NCBI RefSeq assembly: GCF_004010195.1
Contig: NC_057719.1
Location: forward strand, 11,284,507-11,348,506
DNA: 64,000 nucleotides
Source: Chiloscyllium plagiosum
Lineage: Eukaryota
Reading direction: 5' to 3'
The notes under the pieces are model-generated. The model made no database searches. It worked only from the letters and a program-made list of their open reading frames with translations, and was not told the DNA's origin. Positions 11,810 through 24,463 of this stretch are shown one piece after another (position 1 is the stretch's first letter; each line of letters opens with the position of its first letter). The position numbers were made by a program, and so were the translations under genes.

Positions 11810-12420
11810 TACTGGGCATGTGCTTTACTGGCAACATTTATTGCCCATCCCTAATTTCCCCAGAGAAGATGGTGGTGACCTTCCTTCTTGAACCTCTGCA
11901 GTCCATGGGGTGTAAGGGCACCTCCTAGTGCTTTGGAAAGGGAGTTCCAGGATTTTGACCTGGGGACAATGAGGAACTGGCTGATATAACCCCTCATTCT
12001 GGATGAAGGGTTTTGCCCGAAACATCGATTTCCCTGCTCCTCGATGCTGCCTGACCTGCTCTGCTTTTCCAGCACTACTCTAATCTTGACTCTAATTTCC
12101 AGCATCTGCAGTACCCACTTTTGTGAGATATAATCCCATGTCAGGATGTTAGTTGGCTCTGAGGGAAACATGCAGGAGGTGGTGTTCCTATGCATCTCTT
12201 CTTGCCCTTCCAGGTGGTACAGATCACAGGGTTGCAGGGTGCTGTTAAAGGAGGCTTGGTGTGTTACTGCAGCACACTTTGTAGGTGTGTATCGAGTGGT
12301 GGAGGTAATGAATATTTAAGGTGTTGTATTTAAATGTGTCACTGTCCTGGATGGTGTTGAGCTTCCCGATCGTTATTGGAGCTGCACTCAACAAGGCATT
12401 CCATCATACTCCTTAGCTGG
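11810..12420 (-). mobile_element. CR1-group LINE, second family, 3' fragment
   Basis: SKSWNSL..GLQRFKKEGHHHLL C-terminus and GGGATGGGCAATAAATG tail. Confidence 0.8.
11990..12126 (+). mobile_element. PLE-derived HHR-bearing insertion (family A)
   Basis: Decayed core TGGATGAAGGGTTTTGCCCGAAACATC plus family tail. 7-bp TSD GATATAA at 11983-89 and 12127-33. Confidence 0.8.
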
Positions 12421-14294
12421 AGCACTCAAATCCAATTGGGTGCAATGGTGGAATTTTTAGTTGGGTGTTGCTGACAGCCTGCCATACAAAGGCCTGACCT
12501 GATCTGACCATCTGCATACTTAACACTGTCTGAGTCATTTAAAATACCAATAGATGCTCATTATCCGAATTGATGACTCTTAACCATTAGCATATTTTCC
12601 ATTTCCAATATTTTCATGAATAGATGTGTTCATAAAACATGGAAAAAAGACTATTTTTGTTGAAATACCTTTATGATTTTTCTCCTGGAATTTTGCACAA
12701 AGATCCATCTCCACATCAGTATCAACTCCTGGACAATCTCTGAAGGTTGGGAACCTTCTGTCACACCAGCCATACAGATCACTGTGGCCTTGCTCATTTA
12801 GCTGATCTCAGCTACAGAGTCAACGCTACGAGCAAAGGAATCAATATTCATCCCCTTCAAGGGCCCATTGACTGTAATCTGCAGAGCATACTGTAAGAAC
12901 CTACCAAGCTTACTACTGCAGCTTCTCTGATTCCTGCTGTCAAGGAAATCAAGGATTATAAGAACGTCGCCTCAACATCACACACCACCTTGACTTTGAC
13001 ATACACCACTGAAGCTCAGCATTCCCTACTTTTGCAGAACCTCAACCACATGGACTTAATTGGGTCAAAAAGACAGACCATTTGATGTCTTGTAATAGCG
13101 GAGTATTTTGTTACACTTCCCTCTCCATTGAGGAGGTATAAATGAAGGTACAGAAGAATGGCTGACCTCAAGTGAACATGTGTCAGTCTTAGTGTGGTAC
13201 ACAACAGCCCAATGAAACCTTCTCATGGAAACTGGTGATGGCCAATAAATGCTGTCATGTCAGCACAGCTAACCTCCGGACCGCCTAAGAACTATTGGGC
13301 TACCAGCAGAGGACTTTCCCCTATCCAATTAATTCTGCTGCCAGTGAGGTTATTTTGATCAAGACGAGGAATTGACATGTCTCTGTAGCCTTCTCAGCAT
13401 TGATAATATCTATTATTTCAGCCACAAGTAAAGCATCTATACTCGACTATTCCTGTGCTCTTCAAACTTCCATTCTCTGTAAATGTCAGCTTATCCAAAC
13501 TCTGCTAGCCATGTCCTAACTTGGACCAAGAGTCGCTCATTCACCCATCAACCCCTAGCTTTGTTGACATGCATTAGACCCTAGTTTATCCTTCTCACCC
13601 CCAACCAAATTTTGCTTAATTTTGTCCAATTTGTCCTGATTAATCCTCTGGGACATATTTGGGACCTTTTATGTACATTAAAACAAGTTGCTTCTGCTAT
13701 TGTTCAATACCTATATAGGTGTGAGACAGCAGGATAACTATTGACCATAGCTGCCAGTGTCTCTTAGAGAGTCGGGAAAAAGAAGACTTCTTTTCATAAA
13801 CAAAATGTTCTTAAATAACAAAACAATAAAGTGGCATTGACCAGTGTGATGCTGAGACACTTGATGTTGCAATTGCCAACACTGGTGAAGAGATTTCACA
13901 CGATCAACACTGCAACTAAAATGACAGATGTGTCATTTTGAATCTAATTCCTGCGAGCATCTTCCGCTCCACCCCGATGGAGCATTACTGCAAGGGTTTC
14001 TATTTTTATTTAGTTTCTCTGACAGAAGGCAGTACTGCGATAAGGACTGTGATACCGGAGAATAGGCCAAAGACGTGACACACCAGTAATTTGATGAAAT
14101 CACGGCTATTCAATTTTGTGGTGTTCAGAACATCTTTTAAGAAGCTACATGCGTTAGAAATTAGAAGAGGATTAAGGAAATATCCTGGACTTTGTTGTGA
14201 AAGGATTTTGCCAGGTAATAGTACATAATTGTAAACAGATAGTCAAGAAGTTCATATGATGTATATATACAGTCACTGGTTGTACAGACGTTAA

Positions 14295-15080
14295 AAAATG
14301 CTGACCAAAGTGCTTCTCTTAAACTCATCAGGACAAATGGAATAATGCCAAATTTTGAATGATTACAGCAATTTACACTGTAAGATAAAAGGAGTAAGCA
14401 AGTCTATTCTGATTGGCTCTGGCACTGGATGGAGAAAGCGACAGAGAACTACAGGGGGAAATGTTTCTCAAACAAAAACAGTTCTGAGTAAGGATCACTG
14501 AACCTGAAACATTAACTCTGATTTCTCTTCACAGATGCTACCAGACCTGCTAGACTTTTCCAGCAACCTCTGTTTTTGTTTGAGAAACATTTATCCCTAT
14601 AGTTCTCTGAGTTCTGAGTAAGGGTCACTTGACCCGAAACATAAACATTGATTTCTCTTCACAGATGCTGTCAGACCTGCTGAACTTTTCCAGCAAATTC
14701 TGTTTCTGTTTCTGATTTCCGGCATCCGCAATTCTTTCAGTTTTTAAATGTTCCTCAATCCTGGGTAAATTAAAACATGGCACAAAGTTTGAACATATTC
14801 CTTAAGCCTAAACATATAATGTTTCTAGCAAGCATGAATAAGTCATGTTGCAAGCTCAACCGATTATCTTAAATTGGCTGTTAATACAGCCATTAGCACA
14901 CTCTGGGTTGTTCAGTGAGTGTTGTCCAATCATAGAATCAAATCTGAAAATTGGGTTTCTAACTGATCAATACCCATTTCTGCTGTAATAAAAATTCTTC
15001 TCATCATTTGATATGCCATTTGTCCTCATGAGTACAAGAGATAAGAATTTGGCTACATGCCTCTCTTGTCAGCAATATGC
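14295..15080. mobile_element. Old PLE-like family E element with inverted ends, hosting a younger insertion
   Basis: Minus-strand TTTGTCCTGATGAG near 14325-14338 mirrors TTTGTCCTCATGAG near 15019-15032. Body homologous to 10500-10845. Confidence 0.5.
14472..14745 (+). mobile_element. Tandem dimer of PLE family B hammerhead unit
   Basis: Two ~130-bp units, each GTT-CTGAGTA-AGG(A/G)TCACT..ACC(T/C)GAAAC, cores at 14484 and 14614. 13-bp TSD AAATGTT(T/C)CTCAA at 14459-71 and 14746-58. Confidence 0.8.
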
Positions 15081-16399
15081 AAAATTATGGGTATGTGCCA
15101 GGGCCTAATAGGCTGGAACCTAATTAAGGAATTCAAACATGGAAAGTGGATACTCAGGAGTGAGATACATGCTCAAATATAATTGAGGAGCTCAGCTGGC
15201 ATAAGAAATGACTGTGGAGTTGAACTTTCTGGATCAGATTACTGCAATAACTCTTGTTTTGTAAGCATTCTTTTGTATGACATATGTAATTGATAATAAG
15301 GATTTTTTCCAGCATTTTGGCTTGCAGTTCAATGTTAGTAGCAGACCTACTGTCTTGTATTATCCCAGTACAATGATGTTCACACTGTCATTATTGATCA
15401 GGAAAAGAAATTATGAAAAGAGATAATTTGACACTGATTGTTAGGAATTTAATGGCCAGCATATAATAACACTGCTGAAAAGAAAATGCATGAGGTAGTT
15501 TGTATTAATCATTAATACACAATGACAAACCTTTAACAACTGCTTTTAACACATAGTACAGAACAGGTCTCAGGAGAATGAACCAACTTTATCATCAAAG
15601 GGTTTGACAGAGTAGGCATAGAGAAAATCATTTCATCTATGAGGGAGACCGAAATTACAGGTCTGAAATATAATAAATCTAATAAAGGAATTCAATAGTA
15701 ACTTCTTCGTCCAGAATTTGAAACTATCACAAAGAATAGGTGAAATAATGAGCATCAATGTTTAAAAGGAAATTAGAAAAGCATGACAGAGAAATAAACA
15801 GAAGGATTCGAGGACAGAGTGATTAAGAGGAATGAGAGAATGTTCTTGTGGAAATAACACTGGCATGGATCGGTTGGACTAATTCTGTTTTGTAGATTCA
15901 ATGTGGACCAGGTTAAAGTTGCCGCTCACCCTTCTTTGCCATTCTAATCAGCGTTCTCCAGGTCAAAAGCTAAATGCTGTTAGGCCAAAGGGTCTGTTTC
16001 TGTGCTGTATGACTCAATATCTATGCTGGAAATGTAAAAACGAATCAACAGACTGAGAGAGAGAATTATTGTTTCAGGTCAATGGCCCTTCTGATGAAAG
16101 TTGATTTATTTCTCTCCAGGTGTGCTGCCGAACCTCCTGGGTATTTCCTGCAATTTCTGTTGCTATGTCATCTTGGGGCCAGGTGATGGTGTTAATAGAC
16201 CATCCCCAACACTTCTCACGATCTATATACTATCCATGGAGTTTTCTGGTCAGTGTGCACAATGTCATTGCAAAGGGAGTGCTGGTGTCCTTGTGCACAG
16301 ATATCATTTGGCATAGCAGTTGGTTCACTGGCACAAGTACAGTCAGTATCGAGCAGTAATGTTCCACATGTCTTGAGCAGTAGCCCATCAGGATTACAG

Positions 16400-16875
16400 C
16401 TGTCACTCAATGGTTAGCATATTCATCTCAGGCTGAAAGCTATGATTTCAACTGCTACTCTAGACACAAAATCAAGGCTAACAATCTAGTGCAATACTGA
16501 GAGAGCACTGCACTGTCAGAGATGTTACCTTTCAGATGAAACGTTAACCAGACTTCTTGTCTTATCTTGCAGATGAACACAAAAAAAAAATCAGATGACA
16601 CTACTTGGAAGAGCATGGGAGAGTTCTCTCTGGAGTCCTGGCCAATATTTTAACCCTCAATTCACAGCACAAAATCGATTATCTGATCATTTTCTGTTTG
16701 TTGGATTCTGCTATGCATTACTGTTTGTAGAATTATGCTATGGACAGGCTGGGTTCTAGGTGGGCTATGATACAACTGTGAGAATATTATTATGTACTTC
16801 ATGTACTTTACACATCGCAAAACGCCTCCGGACCTTTATGGTCGTGAAAGATGCTGTACAAATTCAGGTCTTTAT
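16400..16875 (+). mobile_element. Deu-domain SINE (SacSINE1/AmnSINE1-like)
   Basis: tRNA-like head, TGCAATACTGAGAGAGCACTGCACTGTCAGAG..TTTCAGATGAAACGTTAA core and GTGAAAGATGCTGTACAAAT tail. Confidence 0.75.
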
Positions 16876-17714
16876 ATCTACCCCAGGATTGAAAATGAAT
16901 ATCCAGAGGGGTTCCTTTGGTGTAACGCAGTTGTATAAAATGCACAGCTAGACAAACATTAAGCACTATAGTAGTTTGGCAGAAGGTCAATGTAATCTAC
17001 TCTTGAAAAGCTCCCATCAGTTTGCTGAACACAATTCTAGCTGAGTTCATGTTACATTTTAGGATTTCCTGATCACGTTCCCACAAAACAGAGTTAATGT
17101 CTTAAGTTGGAATTGCTTCACTTCAGATAGAGAGGCAGGCCTCATCTGAAAAAGGTCACTCATCATAAACCTGTTAGAGACTGAGGCAGCTGGCAGGGAA
17201 AAGCTGTGAGATTGCGAAAATGGAATCATGTGATGTATTGCTTCCAAATTGTTCTTTGTGAAGTTCAAAGAAAACAAGTTTTAATCGAACTGTCATTTTG
17301 TATCTTCAGTTGCTATCTGAAAAATGAAGCAGCTTCATCGTGACAGGTCTAATGAAAGGTCATCGACCAGAAACATTAACACTGATCCTCTGCTGCCTGA
17401 CCTGTTGAAAATTGCCAGCAATTTATTTTTCTACTTAACAATGTCGTACCTGACCTCATTATACTGTCTATTTTAAGCGATGCAATGTGACAGCTAGTCC
17501 AGCTCATGAAGGGCTTTTCAGACTAAAGCTTGAGCTACTCAGTGGTTCCTAGGTCCTGCCCTTCCGTGAGATCATAGTTGGCCCATTTCCAGAGATTAGC
17601 AACATTCCTGAATCTCAGAGATTGCGTCAGATTTACAATAATTTTAAAACCCTGATGCCAAGGATGTCTAGGCAGTGGCATAGTGATAAAAACCCTGACG
17701 CCAAGGATGTTGAG

Positions 17715-18025
17715 ATGGTGGCATTGTGACAATGTCACTGGAATACAATCCTGAACGCCAGGCTGATGACCTGGAGAAATCAGTTCATAATCCCACCATG
17801 GCAGAAGTGAAATTTCAACCCTATAAAAGGCTTCATGGCAACCAGGTAACCATTATCAATTGTCATTAAAAATGAAATATCTGGTTCAGTAATGTTTTTC
17901 AGGGAAGGAAATGTGCCTTTGTTGCCTGTTCTGGCCTGCAACTGAATCCAGACACATCCATATGGTTGACTCTTCACTGCGTTCTGGCCCAGCCAGTACC
18001 ACCCACATCCCATGTATTAATTTTT
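17715..18025 (+). mobile_element. Shark SINE family B
   Basis: GTGGCATTGTG..TGTCACTGGA..ATCCCACCATGGCAG..TCTGGTTCAGTAATG..AGGGAAGGAAATG; homologous to 55610-55955. Confidence 0.7.
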
Positions 18026-18116
18026 TCAAAGTTCAATTCCTGTCATGATAAAAGATAGTATCCCATCAGCTCTCTTGATTGCATGTTGTAACTGTTGCAC
18101 AATCACAGATTAAAAT

Positions 18117-18260
18117 AAAAACCATTGTGCGGAAGAGTAATACCGGACTCAAAGTGCTAACGCTTTCTCTCGGCACAGATGCTCCCAGACCTGCTGTGTT
18201 TCTCCACTGTTCTCGGTGTTTGTTTCAGATTTCCAGAATCCGCAGAATTTTGCTTTTATT
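18117..18260 (+). mobile_element. Decayed PLE-derived short insertion
   Basis: CAGATGCTCCCAGACCTGCTG..TTTCAGATTTCCAGAATCCGCAG..TTGCTTTTATT tail. 12-bp TSD ACAG(A/T)TTAAAAT at 18105-16 and 18261-72. Confidence 0.7.
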
Positions 18261-18555
18261 ACAGTTTAAAATTAACATTGCTTTGGGATTGGAGTGCAAC
18301 AACATATTTAGAAAAATGCAATTTGTCATCCAGGCTTCCTCCTTAATGGTTCTGCAATGTCACAAGTTGAATTTGCAAAAAGAAACAGCCATGTTTGCGA
18401 GTTCTAAGCCCAGATTGCACCTCTGGTTGCGGCTCTGAACCTGCCTACAGGGGCAACTAACTGTAGCACGGTGCTGCATTACTTAACAAATAGTCACAGG
18501 ACCGCCAAGCACATTAAAAAATAATTACGTCTACACACTACTCTGAGGGAATGTT

Positions 18556-20314
18556 GTGCTGGAAAAGCACAGCAGGTCAGGCAGCACCAGAGGAACAGGA
18601 GAGTCGACGTTACCGGCATAAGCCCTTCATCAGAAATGTGGGGTGGGGAGGTGAAGGGGGCTGAGTGATAAATATGAGCAGGGTGGGGCTGGAAGGAAGG
18701 TAGCTTGGAAGGCAATAGACAGATGCAGGTGGAGTTGCACATCCTTGGCACATTGGGAGGGGGAGCTGAAGTGGTCGGCCACAGGGCAGTAAGGTTGTTT
18801 CATGCATGTTGGATGCGAGCATAAGAAGTACAGTTAGTAAGTTTGCAGATGACACCAAAATTGGAGGTGTAGTGGACAGTGAAGAGGGTTACCTCAGATT
18901 ACAACAGGATCTGGACCAGATGGGCCAATGGGCTGAGAAGTGGCAGATGGAGTTTAATTCAGATAAATGCGAGGTGCTGCATTTTGGGAAAGCAAATCTT
19001 AGCAGGACTTATACACTTAATGGTAATGTCCTAGGGAGTGTTGCTGAACAAAGAGACCTTGGAGTGTAGGTTCATAGCTCCTTGAAAGTGGAGTCACAGG
19101 TAGATTGGATAGTGAAGAAGGCAACTGATATGCTTTCCTTTATTGGTCAGAGTATTGAGTACAGGAGTTGGGAGGTCATGTTGCGGCTGTACAGGACATT
19201 GGTTAAGCCACTGTTGGAATATTGCGTGCAATTCTGGTCTCCTTCCTATCGGAAAGATGTTGTGAAACTTGAAAGGGTTCAGAAAAGATTTACAAGGATG
19301 TTGCCAGGGTTGGAGGATCTGAGCTATAGGGAGAGGCTGAACAGGCTGGGGCTGTTTTCCCTGGAGCGTCGAAGGCTGAGGGGTGACCTTATAGAAGTTT
19401 ACAAACTTATGAGGGGCATGGATAGGATAAATAGGCAAAGTCTTTTCCCTGGGGTTGGGGAGTCCAGAACTAGAGGGCATAGGTTTAGGGTGAGAGGGGA
19501 AAGATATAAAAGAGACCTAAGGGGCAACTTTTTCACGCAGAGGGTGATACGTGTATGGAATGAGCTGCCAGAGGATGTGGTGGAGGCTGGAACAGTTGCA
19601 ACATTTAAGAGCCATTTGGATGGTACATGAATAGGAAGGGTTTGGAGGGATATGGGGTGGGTGCTGGCAGGTGGGACTAGATTGGGTTGGGATATCTGGT
19701 CGGCATGGACGGGTTGGACCGAAGGTTCTGTTTCCATGCTGTACATCTCTATGACTCTATGACTCCATGTGTCCCAACTCATGGAATGTTTCAGAGAACA
19801 TCTCTAGGAAACAAGCACCTACCACCCTGTGGTCGACCACTTCGACTCCCACTCCGCCAAGGACATGTAAGTCCTGGACCTCCTCCACTGCCAAGTCCTA
19901 GCCACTCGATGCCTGGAGGAAGGACACCTCAGCTTCCGCCTTGGGACCCTCCAACCACACGGCATCAACGTCAATTTGACCAGTTTCCTCATGTCCCCTC
20001 CACCCACCTCATCCCAGATAAAAGCCTCCAATTCAGCACTGCCCTCTTGATCTGCCCTACCTGTCCATCTTCCTTGCCATCTATCCGCTCTACCCTCCAC
20101 TCCAACCTATCACCATCAACCTCCCCACCTGCATCTACCTATCGCCTTCCAAGCCAACTTCCTCCCAGCTACACCCCATACATTCCTAATGAAGAGCTTA
20201 TGCTCGAAATGTCGACACTCCAGCTCCTCGGAAATGCTGCCTGACCTGCTGTGCTTTTCCAGTGCTACACTTTTCACCTCTGACCTCCATCATCTGTTGT
20301 CCTCAGTTTTTCCA
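18556..20314 (+). mobile_element. Penelope-like element with inverted 5' copy of its terminus, interrupted by CR1
   Basis: 19775-19995 encodes a GIY-YIG C-terminus (FREHL..HPVVDHF..LEEGHLSFRLGTLQPHGINV). Decayed HHR at ~20185-20213, inverted HHR/tail at 18556-18635. Perfect 10-bp TSD AGGGAATGTT at 18546-55 and 20315-24. Confidence 0.85.
18810..19765 (+). mobile_element. Young CR1 (HER1-type) 5'-truncated copy
   Basis: Nearly open RT C-terminal half ([39 protein letters not shown]) with one TAG at 19067-69; CTATGA tail. Confidence 0.95.
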
Positions 20315-20639
20315 AGGGAATGTTCCACCACGTGTCACTTCAGTAATCACAGGGTACACCAGAAATCAGAGCTACAATTAACAGCTACTGAAGGAAGTTG
20401 ACCTGCTGGATATTTTAAAATAGGTGAACAAATCTGGCTTATATCATCTTCATACACCTTCAACTGGGCTGCAAGATTTGTCAGCGGACCAGTGAAACTT
20501 GCTCTCCAGCTGTCTTCCCAATCAGGGAATTGTGTGCAGCAAGGATAGGAAGGGGGAAATCCTCTCCTTGCACACTTCTGTTTTGAACCCTGAAGATACA
20601 TCACACAAGTACGAATTGTTCAAACTCATTCTAACCTGG

Positions 20640-21210
20640 GATTTGACATTTATTGACATCCCTATTTGCCCTGGAGAAGGTGGTGGTGAGCTGCCTTCTT
20701 GAACCACCGCAGTCCACCTGCTGTGGGTTGACCCACAATACCATTCGGAAGGGAATTCCAGGACTTTGACCAAGCAACAGCGATATATTTCCAAGTCAGG
20801 GTGGTGAGTGGGTTGGAGGGGAACTTGAAGGTGGTGGCATTCCTATATATCTGCTGCCCTTGTCCTTCTAGATGGAAGTGGTTTGGAAGGTCCTGTCTGA
20901 AGATCTTTGGTGAATTTCTGCAGTGCATTGTGTAGATAGTACACACTGCTGCTATGGAGCATCAGTGATAGAGAGAGTGGATGCAGTGCCAATCAACTGG
21001 GCTGCTTTGTCCTGATTGGTGTCAAGTTTCTTGTGTGTTGTTGGGGCTACATTCATCCAGGCAAGTGAAGAGTATTCCATCACACTACTGACTTGTGCGT
21101 TGTAGATGGTGGACAGGTTTTAGGGAGTCAGGAGGTGAGGTACTCGCTGTAGTATTCCTAGCCTCTGACCTGCTCTTATAGGCATTATCTTCATGTGGTG
21201 AATCCAGTGG
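20640..21210 (-). mobile_element. CR1-group LINE, second family, 3' fragment
   Basis: CTIYTMHCRNSPK..WSKSWNSLPNGIV..FKKAAHHHLLQG. Confidence 0.85.
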
Positions 21211-21774
21211 GCTGAATGGTCTTCTTCTGCACACTGTGACACTCATATGCCATTGCACAACATCCAGCAGGCAAAGGAAACATTCCTGAAATGATTTAAG
21301 AGAGGGCATGATAGCCAATTAACCATCTTAGACTCTGGGAAAAAAAAATAGCTGGATTCCACAGAGCTTTGGGACCCCTGAGAATAATGGCTGTCCCTGT
21401 CTTCATTTCCGAATAAATAATTGGCAGAATCATGAGTCAGAGATTCTGAAGAGAGTTTTCACATCGAACTGGAATAACGTATTGTCTTTGCAACTACTAT
21501 GTATTTATCAAACATGATCAGCAAATAACAAAGACAAAATTAACTTGAGTTCATGGTGGCCATTTGCCTGTAGCACTGCAACAGGACACAAGGAACAGAT
21601 ATGCTGATAGTCCTCTCAACAACAATTACTGTGAAATGGTTCCTTATGTTACAAGTTGCCCCAACATATTTGCATATATGTCTGAATGGATGCGTAAGAC
21701 CATTAGAAAAAGGAACAGGAGGAGACTTTCTTGTAAAACTCTATTAAGCTAGGCAGGCACAAGAGCAGGATGTA

Positions 21775-22150
21775 CTATAGGGATGAAGTTTAGAATGATG
21801 AAGGGGGATATCATTGGAACTTACAGAATACTGAGAAGCCTGGATAGAGTAGACATGGAGAAAATGTTTCCACTAGTAGGAAAGACTAGGACCTGAGAGC
21901 ACAGTCTCGGAGTGAAGGGATGACCCTTTAGAATGGAGAAGAGGAGGAATTTCTTCAGCCAGAGGGGAATGAATCTGTGGAATTCATTGGAGGCCAAGTC
22001 ATTGAGTGCACTTAAGACTCAGATAGGAGATTGATAGGCTTTTATTAGTAAAGGTTACTAGGAGAAGGTGGGAAAATGGGTTTGAGAAACGTGCCAACCA
22101 TGATCAAGTGGCGATGGACTGAATGGCTTAACTCTGCTCCTCTATCTCAT
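21775..22150 (+). mobile_element. CR1 3' fragment
   Basis: Closely similar to 8730-9075. Confidence 0.8.
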
Positions 22151-22759
22151 GACACAATTTCCCTTTCAAGAAGCCGTGCTGGTTCTGCTTGATTATGATC
22201 TTCCAAATGTGTTGCTATTACTTACTTAATAATTGATTCTAACATTTTTCCAACAATACATATTGGGCTAATTGCCTCATTGACACCCGTTTTTTGACTC
22301 CTTTTTTTCAATTAAGGTGGCACATGGGCAGCTTTTCAATCCTCTGGTATTTCTCCAAAATCCAAGGACTTTGGAAAATTATAACCAATACATCCACCAT
22401 CTCTGCAAATACTTTTTTAGAATCGTAGGGTATAAGTCATCATTGTCAGGGGGCTTACCTGCCATTAGTTTGTCTAATACTACTTCTCTAGTGATGGTGA
22501 AGATACTTATTTCCTCTTTCATTTTCTTTAGTATTAATGGGATGTTTGAAGCATGTACACTGTAAAGCTGTTTACCTCATCTACTATTTCCTTGTTTCCC
22601 ATAACTACCTCCCCAGATTCACTTTCTAAGAGGTCTATTTTCACTTTGACTTCTGTCTCCCTTTTTATGTACTTAAAGAAGCTCTTTTTGTCATTTTAAT
22701 ATTCCTGTCTAGTTTGCCCTTGTAGTTTTTACTTCCTGTCCTTATTATCATTTTGGATT

Positions 22760-23420
22760 TAATTTGGTTTGATTTATTGTAGTCACGTGTACCTAGGTAC
22801 AGTGAAAAACTTTGATTGCAAGCAATACAGGCAGATCATAGTAAGCAAGAACATTCAGATCAAAGGCTTATACAGAGTGAGGCATATAGATTACACTGTG
22901 CAAGAGTGCAAAGTAAGATCAACAATAACAAGATCTAAATTATTTAAAGCTAGAGAGTCCATTCATTAGTCTAATAACAGCAGGGAAGACGCTATTCTTG
23001 AACCTGTTGGTGCGTGTATTCAAGCTTCTGTATCTTCTGCCTGATGCAAGAGGTTGTAGGGGAGCATTAGCAGGGTAGGATGGGTCTTTGATGATGTTGG
23101 CAGCCTTTCCACGGAAACAGGAAGTGTAAATGACGTCTATTGATGGAAAGCTGGCTTCCGTCATAGTCTGAGCTGTGCAAATAATCTTCTGTAGTTCTGT
23201 AGCTTCTTATGGTCCTGGGCAGAGCAGTCGCCATGCCAGGCCATTATGCACTCAGACAGAATGCTCCCTGTGGTGAGGGTCCTAAGCTACCTGAGGAAGA
23301 AGAGGCACTGTTGTGCCTTCTTGATTGTCACATTTACATGGGAATTTCAGGACAGGTTGTCAGTTATCATCACTCCTAGGAACTTGATGCTATCAACCCT
23401 CTCAACCTCTGCTCTGTTTA
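22760..23420 (-). mobile_element. Rex1/Babar LINE 3' fragment
   Basis: PSIDVIYTSCFRGKAANIIKDPSYP..SGRRYRSLNTRTNRFKNSVFPAVIRLMN plus 3' UTR ending ACAATAAATCAAA. Confidence 0.85.
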
Positions 23421-23494
23421 GTGTTCCTTTGCCAGATCCTGTATTTATCCCAGTCTTCAGGGCTATCATTCCCCAAATATCTTTAGACAGAACC

Positions 23495-23770
23495 TTCCAA
23501 ACCCCTGAGCACTTCCATCTATAAGGACAAGGGCAGCAGATACACCTGTACGTTCCCCGCCAAGCTATTCCTCAACCTAATGTGGAAACCATTCCTTCAG
23601 TATTGCTGGGTGAGAATCCTGAAATTCCCTCCGTAACAGCATTGTGGGTAAACTCACAGCAGGTGTTCTGCAGTGGTTCGAAAAGGCAGCTCACCGCCTC
23701 CTTCGCAAGGTCAGGTAGAGACAGGCAATAAATGCTGGCCAGCCAGTCACACCCATATCCACAAGTGAAC
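23495..23770 (+). mobile_element. CR1-group LINE, second family, 3' end
   Basis: CAGTGGTTCGAAAAGGCAGCTCACCGCC..GGCAATAAATGCTGGCC tail. Confidence 0.75.
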
Positions 23771-24152
23771 AATGTCGCTGACATTTGTCTCCTCATAGCT
23801 CTTTCTTTAATATTATCTTTAACTTCTTTGGTTAGCCATGATTGGTTTATCTGTCTCTTAGCACCTTTGTACCTTACTGGGATACACTTTTGCTGAGAAT
23901 TTAGGGATTACCTCCTCATATGCCTGCCACTGTTTGCATGCTGTCTTACCTGCTAATCTATCCGCACAATCCACTTTAGCTAAGTCTGTCCTCATCCAGG
24001 TAATGTATAGGGCAAAGCGATTCTTTTGATCAGCACGCCTTCAACCACCTAGAAGCTCCACTCCCTTCTTCATCAGCATGCAATAACAGCAGTAACAGCA
24101 GCAAGATGCACCACAGCAACTCACCAAAGCCCGTTTGGTAGCAGCATCAAAG

Positions 24153-24463
24153 CCTGCTGCCTCACAGCGCCTGAGACCCGGGTTCACTTCCCGCCTCAGG
24201 CGACTGACTGTGTGGAGTTTGCACGTTCTCCCCGTGTCTGCGTGGGTTTCCTCCAGGTGCTCCGGTTTCCTCCCACAGTCCAAAGATGTGCAGGGTCAGG
24301 TGAATTGGCCATGCTAAACTGCCCGTAGTGTTAGGTAACGGGTAAATGTAGGGGTATGGGTGGGTTTCGCTTCGGCGGGTCGGTGTGGACTTGTTGGGCC
24401 GAAGGGCCTGTTTCCACACTGTAATGTAATCTAATCTAATCTAATCTAATGTAATCTAATCTA
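24153..24463 (+). mobile_element. HE1 / V-SINE, slightly 5'-truncated, (TAATC)n tail
   Basis: V-domain GGAGTTTGCACGTTCTCCCCGTGTCTGCGTGGGTTTCCTCC..CACAGTCCAAAGA and CR1-like tail GGGCCGAAGGGCCTGTTTCC. Inserted in a LINE fragment (24090-24675). Confidence 0.9.

Larger units (their letters stand above)
22160..24000 (-). mobile_element. Old CR1 ORF2 relic with nested Rex1 and LINE pieces
   Basis: Minus-strand pre-RT region (SPDNDDLYPTILK-like, near 22410-22455); continues at 23790-24000. Confidence 0.6.
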
